The translations under genes were made by a program, and so were the position numbers. The notes beneath the pieces were generated by a model, which was given only the letters and a program-made list of their open reading frames with translations, made no database searches and was not told where the DNA came from. Shown here piece after piece: positions 8,403-18,957 of a DNA stretch of 64,000 nt (position 1 is its first letter; each line of letters opens with the position of its first letter). The DNA lies in contig CAZNED010000002.1 in assembly GCA_964572275.1 (NCBI GenBank), forward strand, positions 12,582-76,581, in the 5' to 3' direction. This DNA is from an uncultured Candidatus Saccharibacteria bacterium. Its GTDB lineage: Bacteria > Patescibacteriota > Minisyncoccia > Minisyncoccales > UBA1441.

Positions 8403-8424
8403 ATTATAATTATAAACTAACTAA

Positions 8425-10209
8425 TCAACTCTTCAACATTTTCAAGAAAATATCCGGAGTCAACTCGACTCTTCCGAACTTAGCCAATCTCTTTTTCCCC
8501 TCTCTTTGTTTTACAAGAAGTTTCTTTTTGCGACTCCAATCACCACCATAGAGAGGGGCCGTAACATTTTTCTTGCGAGCCGCTATGGTTTGCCGGGCAA
8601 TTATCTTATTCTCTACCATACCTTGAATAATGACTGCAAATTGCTGACTGGGTAATATTTCTTTAAGGCGATCAACTGCCTGCCGGGCTTCCCGATAAGC
8701 ATCTTGCCGTGCAATTATGCGGGAGAGGCTTTCTTTAGCCTCGCTTGCTATCAATATCTCAAGCTTCACTAAATCAGCGCGACGATAATCTATGGGATGA
8801 TAACTGGCCGAAGCATGTCCTTCTGTAGCGCCCTTGAGAGAATCGCTAAAGCCGGCCATCACACAACGTAATGGAGCCTGATAAATTAAGACAAAGCGCT
8901 CGCTTTGAAGATATTGCTGTTCACAAAAAATACCATCCAAATGGCTTAATACTTCCATTGCCTGTCCGAGCCATCGATTAGGGACAACCACTTTTAATTC
9001 CACCCATGGTTCTTCAGCCCATTCCATTTTAGAAGCTTCCGGCCAATCAGCTGCTGAATTAATTATTTTAGGCAACTGTCCAACATATTTAACACGATAA
9101 TTGACCATGGGCGATGTAATAACCAAGGACAGTCCGAATTCTTCTTCGAGTCGACGAGCTGTAATTTCGGCATGTAACAAGCCCAAGAATCCCACTCTAA
9201 ATCCCTTACCTAACCCCTCTCTCTTTTCAAGCTCAAAGGTCAAAGCCGGGTCGTTGAGTCTGAGTTTTTCCAATGAAGATTTAAGTAAAAGAAAACCACC
9301 CTCATCTCGGGCATACAATCCATTAAAAACCATCGGTTGGATTTCTTGATATCCTAGAAGTGGACTTACCTCTTGACCTTCCAACGCCAATGTATCACCA
9401 ACTCTTACCCAGCCGGATTCCTTAAAACCAGTTGCAATATAACCGATATTCCCAGCCGAAAGCAATTCGGAAGAAACCAACTCCGGCCTAAAAATTCCAA
9501 CTTGTTTTACTTCACCCCTGGCTTCAGTCGCCTTCAAAAGAAACCTATCCCCTTCTTTGATAGAACCATTAAAGATTCTTAGATAAGCAATTACTCCCTG
9601 AAAAGGATCATATTCTGAGTCAAAAACCAAACCACGAAAGCCACCCTCCTCTTTTTTAGGCGATGGAATTTCTTGAATCACTCGATGCAACAACTCCTCT
9701 ACTCCTGTTCCATTTTTTGCTGAAATCAAGGAAACCGAATCTTCCGGCACATTAATAATAGATGCAATTTCTGTTCTCGCTTTTTCCACTTCGGCCTGAG
9801 GTAAATCAATTTTATTGACTACTGGCAGGATTACCAATCCTTGTTCCTGGGCCATGCGCAAATTAGCTAAAGTTTGAGCTTGTATCCCTTGAGAAGCGTC
9901 AACTAATAAAATAGCTCCTTCAGCCGCAGCTAAAGCTCGTGAAACCTCATAGCTAAAATCAACATGACCTGGAGTATCAATCAAGTTAAGCCGCCATGAT
10001 TTCCCCTGCCATGAATATTCCATGCAAACCGGATGCATTTTAATGGTAATGCCTTTTTCTTGTTCAAGACTCATGCGATCAAGAAACTGATCCCTCATTT
10101 TGCCTTTAGAGATAGTCCCTGTTAACTCCAAAAAACGATCTGCTAAAGTCGATTTACCATGATCAACATGGCTGATAATGACAAAATTCCTAATTGTCTC
10201 TAACATCAT
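8425..10209 (-). CDS. lepA: Elongation factor 4
   Basis: IRNF.IISHVDHGKSTLADR, DTPGHVDFSYEVSR, GFLGLLH, YGGDWSRKKKLL. Confidence 0.95.
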   Translation of the reverse strand: MMLETIRNFVIISHVDHGKSTLADRFLELTGTISKGKMRDQFLDRMSLEQEKGITIKMHPVCMEYSWQGKSWRLNLIDTPGHVDFSYEVSRALAAAEGAILLVDASQGIQAQTLANLRMAQEQGLVILPVVNKIDLPQAEVEKARTEIASIINVPEDSVSLISAKNGTGVEELLHRVIQEIPSPKKEEGGFRGLVFDSEYDPFQGVIAYLRIFNGSIKEGDRFLLKATEARGEVKQVGIFRPELVSSELLSAGNIGYIATGFKESGWVRVGDTLALEGQEVSPLLGYQEIQPMVFNGLYARDEGGFLLLKSSLEKLRLNDPALTFELEKREGLGKGFRVGFLGLLHAEITARRLEEEFGLSLVITSPMVNYRVKYVGQLPKIINSAADWPEASKMEWAEEPWVELKVVVPNRWLGQAMEVLSHLDGIFCEQQYLQSERFVLIYQAPLRCVMAGFSDSLKGATEGHASASYHPIDYRRADLVKLEILIASEAKESLSRIIARQDAYREARQAVDRLKEILPSQQFAVIIQGMVENKIIARQTIAARKKNVTAPLYGGDWSRKKKLLVKQREGKKRLAKFGRVELTPDIFLKMLKS

Positions 10210-11840
10210 TTCTTTGGTTTTCGAACCAAAACGCTGACGATCTGAATTAATTCATTTCTATTTAATTTGTAACTGGCAATAAAGTAACTGGCCAGACCGG
10301 CAAACAAGGCAACCACCACTTGCCAGAAAATACCGATAGTTCTTTCCATATTAACCTGATCCGCCATGTAATAAAGAGCGGTGTAAACGAAGAATGCCAT
10401 TATTATTGAAGCCAATAATGTACGTAGCGAAAACAACAAAATATCTTTCAAGAATGGTTCAGACCATCTTCGGCGTAAAATAAATATTAGAGCTATTAAC
10501 TGGAAAATATTAGATAAAGAAAAAGCTAATGGTAAACCAACGATACGAATATCTGAAATATTTTTCAGACGCAATAATGAACTTATACCCTGATGGAAAG
10601 AACCATCCTGACCCAGAAAATGAAGGAATGTAAAGATAAGCAATACGTTTAATATAACCGAAGCAAAAACAATCCAAGCCGGAGTTTTATTATCTTGCAT
10701 AGCGCTAAATGTTCTTGAAACTAAAGTTACCAACGCCTGAGCAAAAACACCCAGGCAGAAAAGACCTAAGCAAGCCGCGGTCAAACGCGTATCTTCCCAT
10801 GAGAATTTGCCAGCTCCTAAAATAAGCCTTACCAATTGAGCCCTCAGAATAATGAAGACAATGCTACTAGGAATGATCATAAAGACAATCTGCTTGAAAC
10901 TAGTAATAAAATCTTTCACAAATTGTTTTTTATCATGACGAGCAAAAGCTAATGTCATAGCCGGGAAAACAGCCGTAGTAAAAGAAACACCGATTAATCG
11001 AGTTAATGCCTGACTAAAATCACCGGCCAGGTTGTAAACAGAAACACTGCCTATCGCTAAGAAAGAAGCAACAGCCGTAACAATTAAGAGATTGGCCTGA
11101 TTTAGAATAATAGCTAATGACCGCGGAATTGTTAACGTAATCAAGCGGCGCAATCCTGGATGTTTCCATGAAAATATTGGTAAACATCCGGATCTCAAGA
11201 AGAAGAATGACGGCAATTGTACCAATAAGTGCAATAATGCCCCCAGAACCATGCCCCACGCCAATCCGATTAATCCCAGCCAAGGCACGAAGAACATAAT
11301 GCCTATAATAATTCCCAGATTATGAAAAATTGGAGCCAAGGAGCTAACCAAAAATCGATCAAAGCATTGTAAAATACCGGAAATAATCGTACTTAATCCA
11401 AGTATGATTGGCGACAATAACATGACTCTCATCAACCAGATAATCTGTGATTGTATCGCCGCTTCAAATCCAGGCGCAATCACTTTAATAATCTGAGGAG
11501 CAAAAATTATTAAAATAGCCGAAAGGACAGCCAGGAAAAGAGGCATTTGATTAAAAACAGCCGACAAGAAAGCCCACCCTTCTTTTTCTGATTTCTGAGT
11601 ATACTCCCGGAATAATGGAACGACTGCTACCGAGATTGCTCCCATAATCAAAACAGCTGCAATAAAATCAGGAATTCTTAGAGCCGTAAAAAAAATATCT
11701 CGCTCGACAGGCAGGAATCTTCCTGCAATCAAGCGATTTCGCAATAAACCGAGTAAAGCACTAAATAAACTGGCAATAGCCAAAACAAAACCGGCCGATG
11801 TTGTATTATTTGTACGATGATTCCATATCTTTGCGATCAT
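10206..11840 (-). CDS. murJ: Lipid II flippase MurJ/MviN
   Basis: LLGLLRNRLIA, RIPDF, MOP-family multi-TM profile, QDNKTP. Confidence 0.9.
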   Translation of the reverse strand: MIAKIWNHRTNNTTSAGFVLAIASLFSALLGLLRNRLIAGRFLPVERDIFFTALRIPDFIAAVLIMGAISVAVVPLFREYTQKSEKEGWAFLSAVFNQMPLFLAVLSAILIIFAPQIIKVIAPGFEAAIQSQIIWLMRVMLLSPIILGLSTIISGILQCFDRFLVSSLAPIFHNLGIIIGIMFFVPWLGLIGLAWGMVLGALLHLLVQLPSFFFLRSGCLPIFSWKHPGLRRLITLTIPRSLAIILNQANLLIVTAVASFLAIGSVSVYNLAGDFSQALTRLIGVSFTTAVFPAMTLAFARHDKKQFVKDFITSFKQIVFMIIPSSIVFIILRAQLVRLILGAGKFSWEDTRLTAACLGLFCLGVFAQALVTLVSRTFSAMQDNKTPAWIVFASVILNVLLIFTFLHFLGQDGSFHQGISSLLRLKNISDIRIVGLPLAFSLSNIFQLIALIFILRRRWSEPFLKDILLFSLRTLLASIIMAFFVYTALYYMADQVNMERTIGIFWQVVVALFAGLASYFIASYKLNRNELIQIVSVLVRKPKK

Positions 11841-11882
11841 ATCTATATCTGATTATTTTATCAGAATATTCTAAACAAAAAA

Positions 11883-12204
11883 GCTTGGCCCGCGATAAGC
11901 CGAATTCTGTTTAAACGGTTATCTATCTGGGCTGATTGTTACCAATCAGCTCAAGCGAGCTACCTGGAGAAATCTCCTTTTTGCTCTTGCACCCGGTAAG
12001 GATTTAGCCGTTTCACTCCTGATTTTCATCAGGACTCTCCCCGAAGGGAGCCATCTCTTTTCAGAAAATGGCGTCTCTGCTCGCACCTCTATTCAGGTTA
12101 GAACCCGAACGACGGCCGTTAGCCGCTACCTTTTTTCCCATGATAGGAGGGTGTTCGGACTTTCCTCGTTACTAAAAGTAACGCAACCGTTTCGCGAACC
12201 AAGC
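11883..12204 (-). ncRNA. rnpB: RNase P RNA
   Basis: GAGGAAAGTCC near the 5' end, ACAGAATTCGGCTTATC near the 3' end, and P1 pairing GCTTGGTTCGCGA/TCGCGGGCCAAGC. Confidence 0.95.
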
Positions 12205-12210
12205 ACTCAA

Positions 12211-12238
12211 ATTATAATGAATTTTACTCTTATGTCAA
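12211..12238 (-). promoter_or_regulatory. rnpB promoter
   Basis: TTGACA-16 nt-TATAAT, ending 6 nt before the P1 helix. Confidence 0.8.
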
Positions 12239-12241
12239 TAT

Positions 12242-12676
12242 TCAACAGAGCTTCCCTTCTTCCTGATCCAGCGCTTGATTTACCATCCTATCGGCATCAA
12301 TATTATCATCACGACTAATTAACGCGAAATTAACTTCCCCGAAGTCAATCTTTAAATTCCATAATTTTAAGAAGAGGGGAATAAGTTTATCATTAATAAT
12401 TTTATAGCGACCGTTAATCTGTTCTACTAAAAGTTGAGAATCCGACCGCATTTCTATATTTAAATTTCTAACCTTGGTTTTACCCCAAAGAGCCTTTACT
12501 TTCTCTAGCGCAAAAATAGCAGCCGAATATTCCGCTTCATTATTAGTTTTAACTCCTAAAACCCGCCCATATTCCTTAATAATCTTCCCGTGATGGTCTG
12601 TTATGACTACCCCTAGGGCAGCTTGACCGGGATTTCCGCGAGCCCCGCCGTCAATATAAATTACGATTTTATCCAT
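12242..12676 (-). CDS. rnhA: Ribonuclease HI-family protein
   Basis: DGGARGNPG, TNNEAEY, SDSQL, NIDADRMVN; the acidic tetrad is intact. Confidence 0.9.
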   Translation of the reverse strand: MDKIVIYIDGGARGNPGQAALGVVITDHHGKIIKEYGRVLGVKTNNEAEYSAAIFALEKVKALWGKTKVRNLNIEMRSDSQLLVEQINGRYKIINDKLIPLFLKLWNLKIDFGEVNFALISRDDNIDADRMVNQALDQEEGKLC

Positions 12677-13847
12677 GAAGTTTATTATAATTTTCTAATA
12701 AGCATAAACGGAACTTTTGCAAATCTTTATTGTCTATTCCGAAACCAGCCGCTGGCGGATGCCCACCATAATCAATCAGGCAATGAGAACAAGCATGCAT
12801 TAATGCCACGCAATCAATTCCTTTGGGGGCACGAGCCGAACCATAGCTATAAGTATCACCCTGGGAATAGATAAAAACGGGCCTACGATAAACATCGGCC
12901 AAGCGCGCCGCCACTGAAGCTACTGCCCGACGCGGCCAATCTTTATCACCCATAAAAATTATTTCAGGTAAATTATCCTCACTTAACCGCTGTTTGGCTT
13001 CATCAGTTATGATAGTCCTTAAAGCAACATTCTCTACAGCCTTTTTTTCCAACATTTTAATTAATTTCAAAATCTTGGAATGATTATCTTCTGTTAATAA
13101 AATAAAAGACTCAGCCACTCTCTGATTGTTAACAGAGCTAGCGTTTAATATAGTAATAATACGGTGAATCGCCTCTTTTAAGGTGATATCATCTTTATAA
13201 CAATAATTTAAACATGCACGCAAAGATGGCCTCGTAGTCTCTTCCAGAATACAGATAGTTTTATCGACAATATCAATATTGTCATGTTCTAAAGGCATCA
13301 TGTCAGCAATCGTAGCAATGCCAGCCATTTCTACAAATCTTCGTTCTAAAACATCAAAATCAGGATCTCCGTGAAGCATCCAGCAACTTAGATGATAACA
13401 AAGACCAGCTGCCGCTAATTGCTTAAAAACATAATTATCAGTGGGCTGCTTAGGATTAATAATAAGATTGGCAGGTGGCAATAAAGTTAAGGGTGGTTCG
13501 TGATGGTCAATTATAATGACAGTAAAGCCGAGATTCTTAGCCTCATGGATAGCTTCGACATCGCTGATCCCCAGATCAACCAGAATAATAGTCCCGATCG
13601 AATTTTTTCTTAAAAATTGCAACACCGGAATGCTAAACCCCCTTCCTTCTTTTTCTTTTAAGCAAAAAACATTCTCTACTTTTGAAAATCCCAATCTCTC
13701 TAATGATTCCTTGATGATAATTGACGAAGAAATGCCGTCAATATCTTCATCACCGTAAATAATAATCCTTTCTTCCCTGGGTAGCCTTCTAATATAATCG
13801 GCTACCTCTTTCATATTTTTGATCGGCGATAAATCCATCTCAACCAA
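12669..13847 (-). CDS. RecJ-like DHH/DHHA1 exonuclease (short form)
   Basis: YGDEDIDG, VDLG, IDHH, ATIADMMPL, GSAR, GGHPPAAG. Confidence 0.85.
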   Translation of the reverse strand: MVEMDLSPIKNMKEVADYIRRLPREERIIIYGDEDIDGISSSIIIKESLERLGFSKVENVFCLKEKEGRGFSIPVLQFLRKNSIGTIILVDLGISDVEAIHEAKNLGFTVIIIDHHEPPLTLLPPANLIINPKQPTDNYVFKQLAAAGLCYHLSCWMLHGDPDFDVLERRFVEMAGIATIADMMPLEHDNIDIVDKTICILEETTRPSLRACLNYCYKDDITLKEAIHRIITILNASSVNNQRVAESFILLTEDNHSKILKLIKMLEKKAVENVALRTIITDEAKQRLSEDNLPEIIFMGDKDWPRRAVASVAARLADVYRRPVFIYSQGDTYSYGSARAPKGIDCVALMHACSHCLIDYGGHPPAAGFGIDNKDLQKFRLCLLENYNKLHG

Positions 13848-14964
13848 TCAGATTATCACTTAACAAAGATTCAAATGGTGGCAATTTTTGGCCAGCAGCC
13901 ATTCTCATCATCGTCTCTCCCCCGTTAGAAACATGAGAAAACTTGTCCAAGAGATTAAGTTTCCCTAAGAACCCTACTATTTCTCGCCCGCCGACTACCG
14001 AATAAAGATCTGTTTTTTGAGTAATAGCTTCGGCAATTGCCTGTGTTCCTCGACTGAATTCCGGCCAGGCATAAAGCCCAAGTGGACCTCGCCATATCAA
14101 ACCCTTGGAATGGTTAATGATATTCTTAAAAAGACGTATTGTCTCTGGTCCAATATCATAAATATCATCCTCTTTGCGGACCTCCCCCGGAGCAAAAACA
14201 CGACGATAAGAATCATCGAGATTCTTGGGGCCAGTAACAACATCTATAGGTAAGTGTAATTTTGGATCAGCTAAATTTATTTTCTTGATTAATCTCACGA
14301 TTTGATCATCGGGCCAATCTCTCCCAGGTGAAATGCCTTTGACCCTGAATATCGCTTCAGCAATCTTCCCGCTAACCAGAATATGTTCTGATTTTTCCAA
14401 AAACATTAATAACAGCCTTAATGAATCTGCCACCCTGTCTCCGCCTAAAACAACAGTCATTGCCTGATCATTCAATCGTTCGATAGAATTCTTCTCTTTT
14501 AATAAATCAAACCCTCCAGCACTTTCTAGAAAATCAGGCAATTGAGTCAATGAAGCATACGACAAATAACTAGTCCCAAATGCTTCATTAACATAAATAT
14601 CGGCTAATCTTGATAAAGCCTGAGCTAGAACCGAATCCCCTCTTTCTTCTTCGGGATAGATAACTAAATTCTCTAAGAGAACAACCTGATTTTGCTCTAG
14701 ACAATTTTTAACTTTATCGGGAAATGACTTTTCAAATATTGATTGATCTAGAAAAGTGACTGATCGCCCCGTGATTTTCTCTAATTCATCTATCCAAGGC
14801 ATAAGACTCATCTCCTTCTCCAAACTTCCAATTATTATCAATGAAGTTTTATGTTTGAGTAGATATTCAATCGTTTGGCGACAAGATTTGAATGATTCAT
14901 CAAAATCCAACTGAAGTATAACTCTCTTATCTTTTAAATTTATTTTGTCTAAAGAATTAATCAT
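13840..14964 (-). CDS. Phosphoglycerate-kinase-fold protein with degenerate active site
   Basis: LLENL, DIYVNEAFG, DIGPET and W.GPLG fix the fold, but substrate- and ATP-binding residues are substituted. Confidence 0.8.
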   Translation of the reverse strand: MINSLDKINLKDKRVILQLDFDESFKSCRQTIEYLLKHKTSLIIIGSLEKEMSLMPWIDELEKITGRSVTFLDQSIFEKSFPDKVKNCLEQNQVVLLENLVIYPEEERGDSVLAQALSRLADIYVNEAFGTSYLSYASLTQLPDFLESAGGFDLLKEKNSIERLNDQAMTVVLGGDRVADSLRLLLMFLEKSEHILVSGKIAEAIFRVKGISPGRDWPDDQIVRLIKKINLADPKLHLPIDVVTGPKNLDDSYRRVFAPGEVRKEDDIYDIGPETIRLFKNIINHSKGLIWRGPLGLYAWPEFSRGTQAIAEAITQKTDLYSVVGGREIVGFLGKLNLLDKFSHVSNGGETMMRMAAGQKLPPFESLLSDNLIG

Positions 14965-16504
14965 CTAAATTGACAGTTTGATTTGGCTTAATTATTTTAG
15001 GACTGCTTTTTTCACTATGGTTTCTTTCAATAATCTTTTTTAAAATACTACGATATCCTTCTTTCGATGCTTCTTCTTCGTTGATTCCTTCATCTTTGGC
15101 AATTTTCTTAAGGCATGATTTGCAATAATAAAGACGGTCGGGAGCCGGCTTGAATGTCAGTTTAAATTCTTTCCCGCAACTACTACAGATGGCTTCATGT
15201 AAATCCGATCCTTTGGGAGTAGCCACCTCAACCTCTTCCATCCAGCGATTAATCTTGTCTTCCACTTTCTTATGAGGCGTCCCGTAATGCTCGCGCGACA
15301 CTGCAATAATTTTATCACGATGTGTGTGTTCTGGTATCGGGCGAGGCACCAATGTTTTAGCCGAAAAAGTACGATTAGCCAGGCCATCAATCATTAATTT
15401 AATATAGATATTATATTTATCTAAATTGACTATATTCAATGCCTCAAAATCAGGAGCAAATTCCTTTTCAAGATACTCGGCATCTTCAGCCCCAACCCTG
15501 AAACAAGCCAGCGTCCCTACGTTGCCAAAAACAGCATCTCTGATAGATTCTTCCATTTGCGTAACATATTGATGTGTTATCGTAAGGTTTAATCTGTATT
15601 TTCTGGCCTCAGAAAAGATATTTGTAAATGATTTTGTGGCAAAATTTTGAAATTCGTCTACATAAAGATAAAAATCACGTCTTTCTGGTTCAGGAATATC
15701 AACTCTGGACATTGCCGCTATCTGCAATTTTGTAACAATTAATGCTCCCAATAAACTTGAAGCATCTTCCCCCACCTTTCCTTTGGATAAATTAACTAAT
15801 AATATCTTCCCCTCATCCATTGCCTTTCTGATATCAATTGATGTTTTAACTTGACCGATAATGCCTCTGATTAGGGGAGCTGAAATAAGTTGGCCAATTT
15901 TATTCTGGATAGCAGCCGTAGCTTCTATCTCATATCGCTCACTGTAACGAGTAAATTCTTTAGTCCAGAACGATTTTACTACTGGATCACTAACCTTTTT
16001 GATAACCTTCTCCCTATAAGCAACATCTGACAATAATCGATTAATACCCAACAAGGTCGCACCAGGATGCTCTAATAAAGCCAAAATTGCATAATTAAGG
16101 ATGTATTCCATACGCGCGCTCCAAACATCGGGCCAAATCTTTTTAAATGTTCCCATCAACCCGCTAGCCACTAAATGCCTGAGTTCCGTCGGCACCCTTT
16201 CCATAACATTAAAAGCTACCGGATATTCCCTGTCAGCCGGATTAAAGTAAATCACATCGTTTGTTCTATGAGAAGGAATAAAATCCAATAAACTATCAAC
16301 GAGCTCGCCATGAGGATCGATGAATCCTAAGCCCCGGCCATTCTCTATATCTTGAATAGCCATATTCTTAAGCAATTCTGATTTACCCATACCCGTCTTC
16401 CCTACCACATAAAAATGCTGACGGCGATCTGGTTGTTTAATTCCGAAACGCCTGTCTTGACCGCGAAAATTGGTTGACCCCAAGAGGGTGATATTCTCCG
16501 CCAT
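14957..16504 (-). CDS. HerA/VirD4-like (DUF87/TraD) ATPase with C-terminal CxxC-x17-CxxC zinc ribbon
   Basis: GKTGMGKS, IDPHG, YVDEFQNF, EARKY, CSSC-17-CKSC. Confidence 0.85.
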   Translation of the reverse strand: MAENITLLGSTNFRGQDRRFGIKQPDRRQHFYVVGKTGMGKSELLKNMAIQDIENGRGLGFIDPHGELVDSLLDFIPSHRTNDVIYFNPADREYPVAFNVMERVPTELRHLVASGLMGTFKKIWPDVWSARMEYILNYAILALLEHPGATLLGINRLLSDVAYREKVIKKVSDPVVKSFWTKEFTRYSERYEIEATAAIQNKIGQLISAPLIRGIIGQVKTSIDIRKAMDEGKILLVNLSKGKVGEDASSLLGALIVTKLQIAAMSRVDIPEPERRDFYLYVDEFQNFATKSFTNIFSEARKYRLNLTITHQYVTQMEESIRDAVFGNVGTLACFRVGAEDAEYLEKEFAPDFEALNIVNLDKYNIYIKLMIDGLANRTFSAKTLVPRPIPEHTHRDKIIAVSREHYGTPHKKVEDKINRWMEEVEVATPKGSDLHEAICSSCGKEFKLTFKPAPDRLYYCKSCLKKIAKDEGINEEEASKEGYRSILKKIIERNHSEKSSPKIIKPNQTVNLDD

Positions 16505-16551
16505 TACAAACCCAATCTTATCACAATTAAATATTGCTTAAAACTAAAAAA

Positions 16552-17844
16552 TTATTCCACTGGCAAATTTGATGGAGGTTCGCCTTTTTTGGCTCGGATT
16601 CTCTCCAATCCCGAAGCCGGAGCCATAGCTCGGCTAGGAAAATGGAAAAGACTTGCCAATTCCTCTGTATTTAAAATATAAACCTCTTTACTCTCTGGAT
16701 AACCCGGGAATAAACGATTTAAATAATGCCAAAAAACATCTCGTTGTTTGAGATAAAGACGCTTATCTTCAAGCGGTGGATATTTTATTGAGGTTGATTT
16801 CGGTTTAAAGCTATTTAAATTTTCGGTATTAAATCCCAAGAAAAAGTTAATCGGAATTGTCACTCGAGGCTTGAAGAAGACATCTCTTTTGGCCAGATAT
16901 AAAACACGGATAAAACACTCAAAGCTTGGCTTGCTAGCCTTGCGATCAATTGCCTCGGCTATCCTCTTCTCTGCCTCAGGAATATCTTGCAAGGAAGGTT
17001 TTGTTTTCTCTTTAACTTCCACATCTTTAAATTCTTGTTGGAAGAACAAGATATCGATCACTTGTCTAAAGATAGGCTTTCTGACAATTTCTTTACCAGC
17101 ATCCCCTCTTTGTAAAACCTTATCGCGTGCTAGTTTTGCTCGCGTTATCCAACCCGTTAAATCTTCTCGGGTCGGAGCGGCCACGATCTGCATCCATATT
17201 TGTTCTCCAGGTTTGAGTGTCGATAATCCTTCTAATAAAGCAGACATTGGCTCTATTTTAAATTGCTCTTTGTCAGATGGGCTCTCTTCAAAAAAGACCG
17301 GATATGTTTTAATTGGATAACTATCTGGCTTAATCATCTTGATATCAGTTCCCCAAAGGTTCCATTCTTGATTAGGTAAAGGATTAGGAACTTTCAATGT
17401 ATATTCCTCAAAGTCTTGAATTTCCAGCTCCGGATACTGCGCATAGATAACAGACTTTGCTGTTTCAGCTTGGCCCGACGGCACTCTCATCAATAAATGA
17501 ATGCTTCCTTCTCGAGCAACAATTTCTAAAGAAAAGTGAAGAATTTGCTTTCCTTCCAGCCATTTTTCTCGCGCATTAGGATCATCTAAAACAAACCATA
17601 AATTAGCAAACAATTGCTCCATGGCCTTAATCGGCCTATTTATTTCTTCTGATAATTTAATCTCCAGAAGTTTATATTTTCCTTTATCCCTGGACCAAAT
17701 ATCCTGAATATAATTAAGATAGATGCCTCTCCAATACGGATAAAACAAAAATGGCGGCAAGATCCACCACCACGCTAAAAGCATTCTCCATAAACAAATT
17801 ATTACCTCTATTGCCCCGATGCCCAAATTGCTCAAACTCGTCAT
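16552..17844 (-). CDS. Conserved CPR membrane-anchored partner of the DUF87 ATPase
   Basis: N-terminal TM segment, FSLEIV, IYAQYP, ILNTEELASLFHFP, PPSNLP. Confidence 0.7.
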   Translation of the reverse strand: MTSLSNLGIGAIEVIICLWRMLLAWWWILPPFLFYPYWRGIYLNYIQDIWSRDKGKYKLLEIKLSEEINRPIKAMEQLFANLWFVLDDPNAREKWLEGKQILHFSLEIVAREGSIHLLMRVPSGQAETAKSVIYAQYPELEIQDFEEYTLKVPNPLPNQEWNLWGTDIKMIKPDSYPIKTYPVFFEESPSDKEQFKIEPMSALLEGLSTLKPGEQIWMQIVAAPTREDLTGWITRAKLARDKVLQRGDAGKEIVRKPIFRQVIDILFFQQEFKDVEVKEKTKPSLQDIPEAEKRIAEAIDRKASKPSFECFIRVLYLAKRDVFFKPRVTIPINFFLGFNTENLNSFKPKSTSIKYPPLEDKRLYLKQRDVFWHYLNRLFPGYPESKEVYILNTEELASLFHFPSRAMAPASGLERIRAKKGEPPSNLPVE

Positions 17845-17853
17845 AAATTTGAT

Positions 17854-18882
17854 TTATCCTTTGATCAACCAATAGGTTTGATTTCCCTGTTTTTGAAAAT
17901 AATCCTTTCTACCCAGGTTAAGCAAGATAGTTGTTTCTTCTACAAATCTCTGCTTTAACACTTTCTCTACTATCTCATCGCGAGTCAATGGATGACCGAC
18001 TTCTTGCATAATTTTAATGATTAAATCCTTAACTGTTCCTTCTTCATATCCCCATTCTCTTAATGCATAAAGTCCGCGGCCTACTAATACAAAACGCGGA
18101 TCTCTGATTAACTCATTGTGAACTGTCTGGGATAGTGCCTGCCTGACGTTCTGATGACCACTCTGTCGCCAACGTTCATTAAAATCATTAATCAAATCCG
18201 TAACTTTTGTAAAATGCTGGGGTTTTCCGGCTTCTTTCAGAACCAAGTAGGCTTTATCTCTCAATCTTTGAGGAGACACTTCCGGCCAATCAGTTAAACC
18301 ATAACCACCGCTAATATCTTGCTCAATTTGTCTGGAAATTTCCAAACAAGATTTGATTAACTCTTCTTCTTCGGATCTTACTTTAAATATTTCTCTTTCA
18401 CTCAAAACCCGATGGTGTTGTTTAATCTCTCTCATCAAACTTTCAATAACATCATGAGCTAAATTTATTTTCTGTTCTTCAACAGTCCAGAAAGGATAAA
18501 CTGTTTCATCAGCTCGAGTTGAGAAAAAATCAGGCTCGAGAACAAGAAAGAAAACAATATAAGGTCGATCTCCTTCTTTGTGACTGAGATCCTGCAAGAT
18601 ATAATCTTCCCTTCTTAATCCACCATGCTCATTCAGATAGTGACGCATAATTTGACGTAATTCCTTGATAGAGTCTGTTTGGATATCTCTCAATTTCGCT
18701 AAACTCGCCTCTTCAATTTGGCGGACTCTCTCTCTTGTTACTGATAAATCATGCCCGATCGCATCAAGTGTTTCCTTGTCAAAACTCCCTAAACCGAATC
18801 GACGCTTCAATATATCTTGCGAGCGCGATGGAATAGTTCGGAATAAATCTTCTTGAATTTGATGATAATCGAGTGTCGTCAT
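17854..18882 (-). CDS. Sigma70 region-4 plus HARE-HTH (RNAP delta-like) domain protein
   Basis: RRFGL...TLDAIG..LSVTRERVRQIE and TVHNELIRDPRFVLVGRGLYALREWGY. Confidence 0.8.
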   Translation of the reverse strand: MTTLDYHQIQEDLFRTIPSRSQDILKRRFGLGSFDKETLDAIGHDLSVTRERVRQIEEASLAKLRDIQTDSIKELRQIMRHYLNEHGGLRREDYILQDLSHKEGDRPYIVFFLVLEPDFFSTRADETVYPFWTVEEQKINLAHDVIESLMREIKQHHRVLSEREIFKVRSEEEELIKSCLEISRQIEQDISGGYGLTDWPEVSPQRLRDKAYLVLKEAGKPQHFTKVTDLINDFNERWRQSGHQNVRQALSQTVHNELIRDPRFVLVGRGLYALREWGYEEGTVKDLIIKIMQEVGHPLTRDEIVEKVLKQRFVEETTILLNLGRKDYFQKQGNQTYWLIKG

Positions 18883-18957
18883 AACGATTTAATTTAACCA
18901 TATTTACCCTAAGAGTCAAGTGCTTTTATTTCTTGAGTCTCTTCCGCAAATATTAAT

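Noticed and set aside
14957-17844. Conjugative element or ICE
   Set aside because: No relaxase, VirB genes, integrase or att sites are visible, and the genes sit among core genes.
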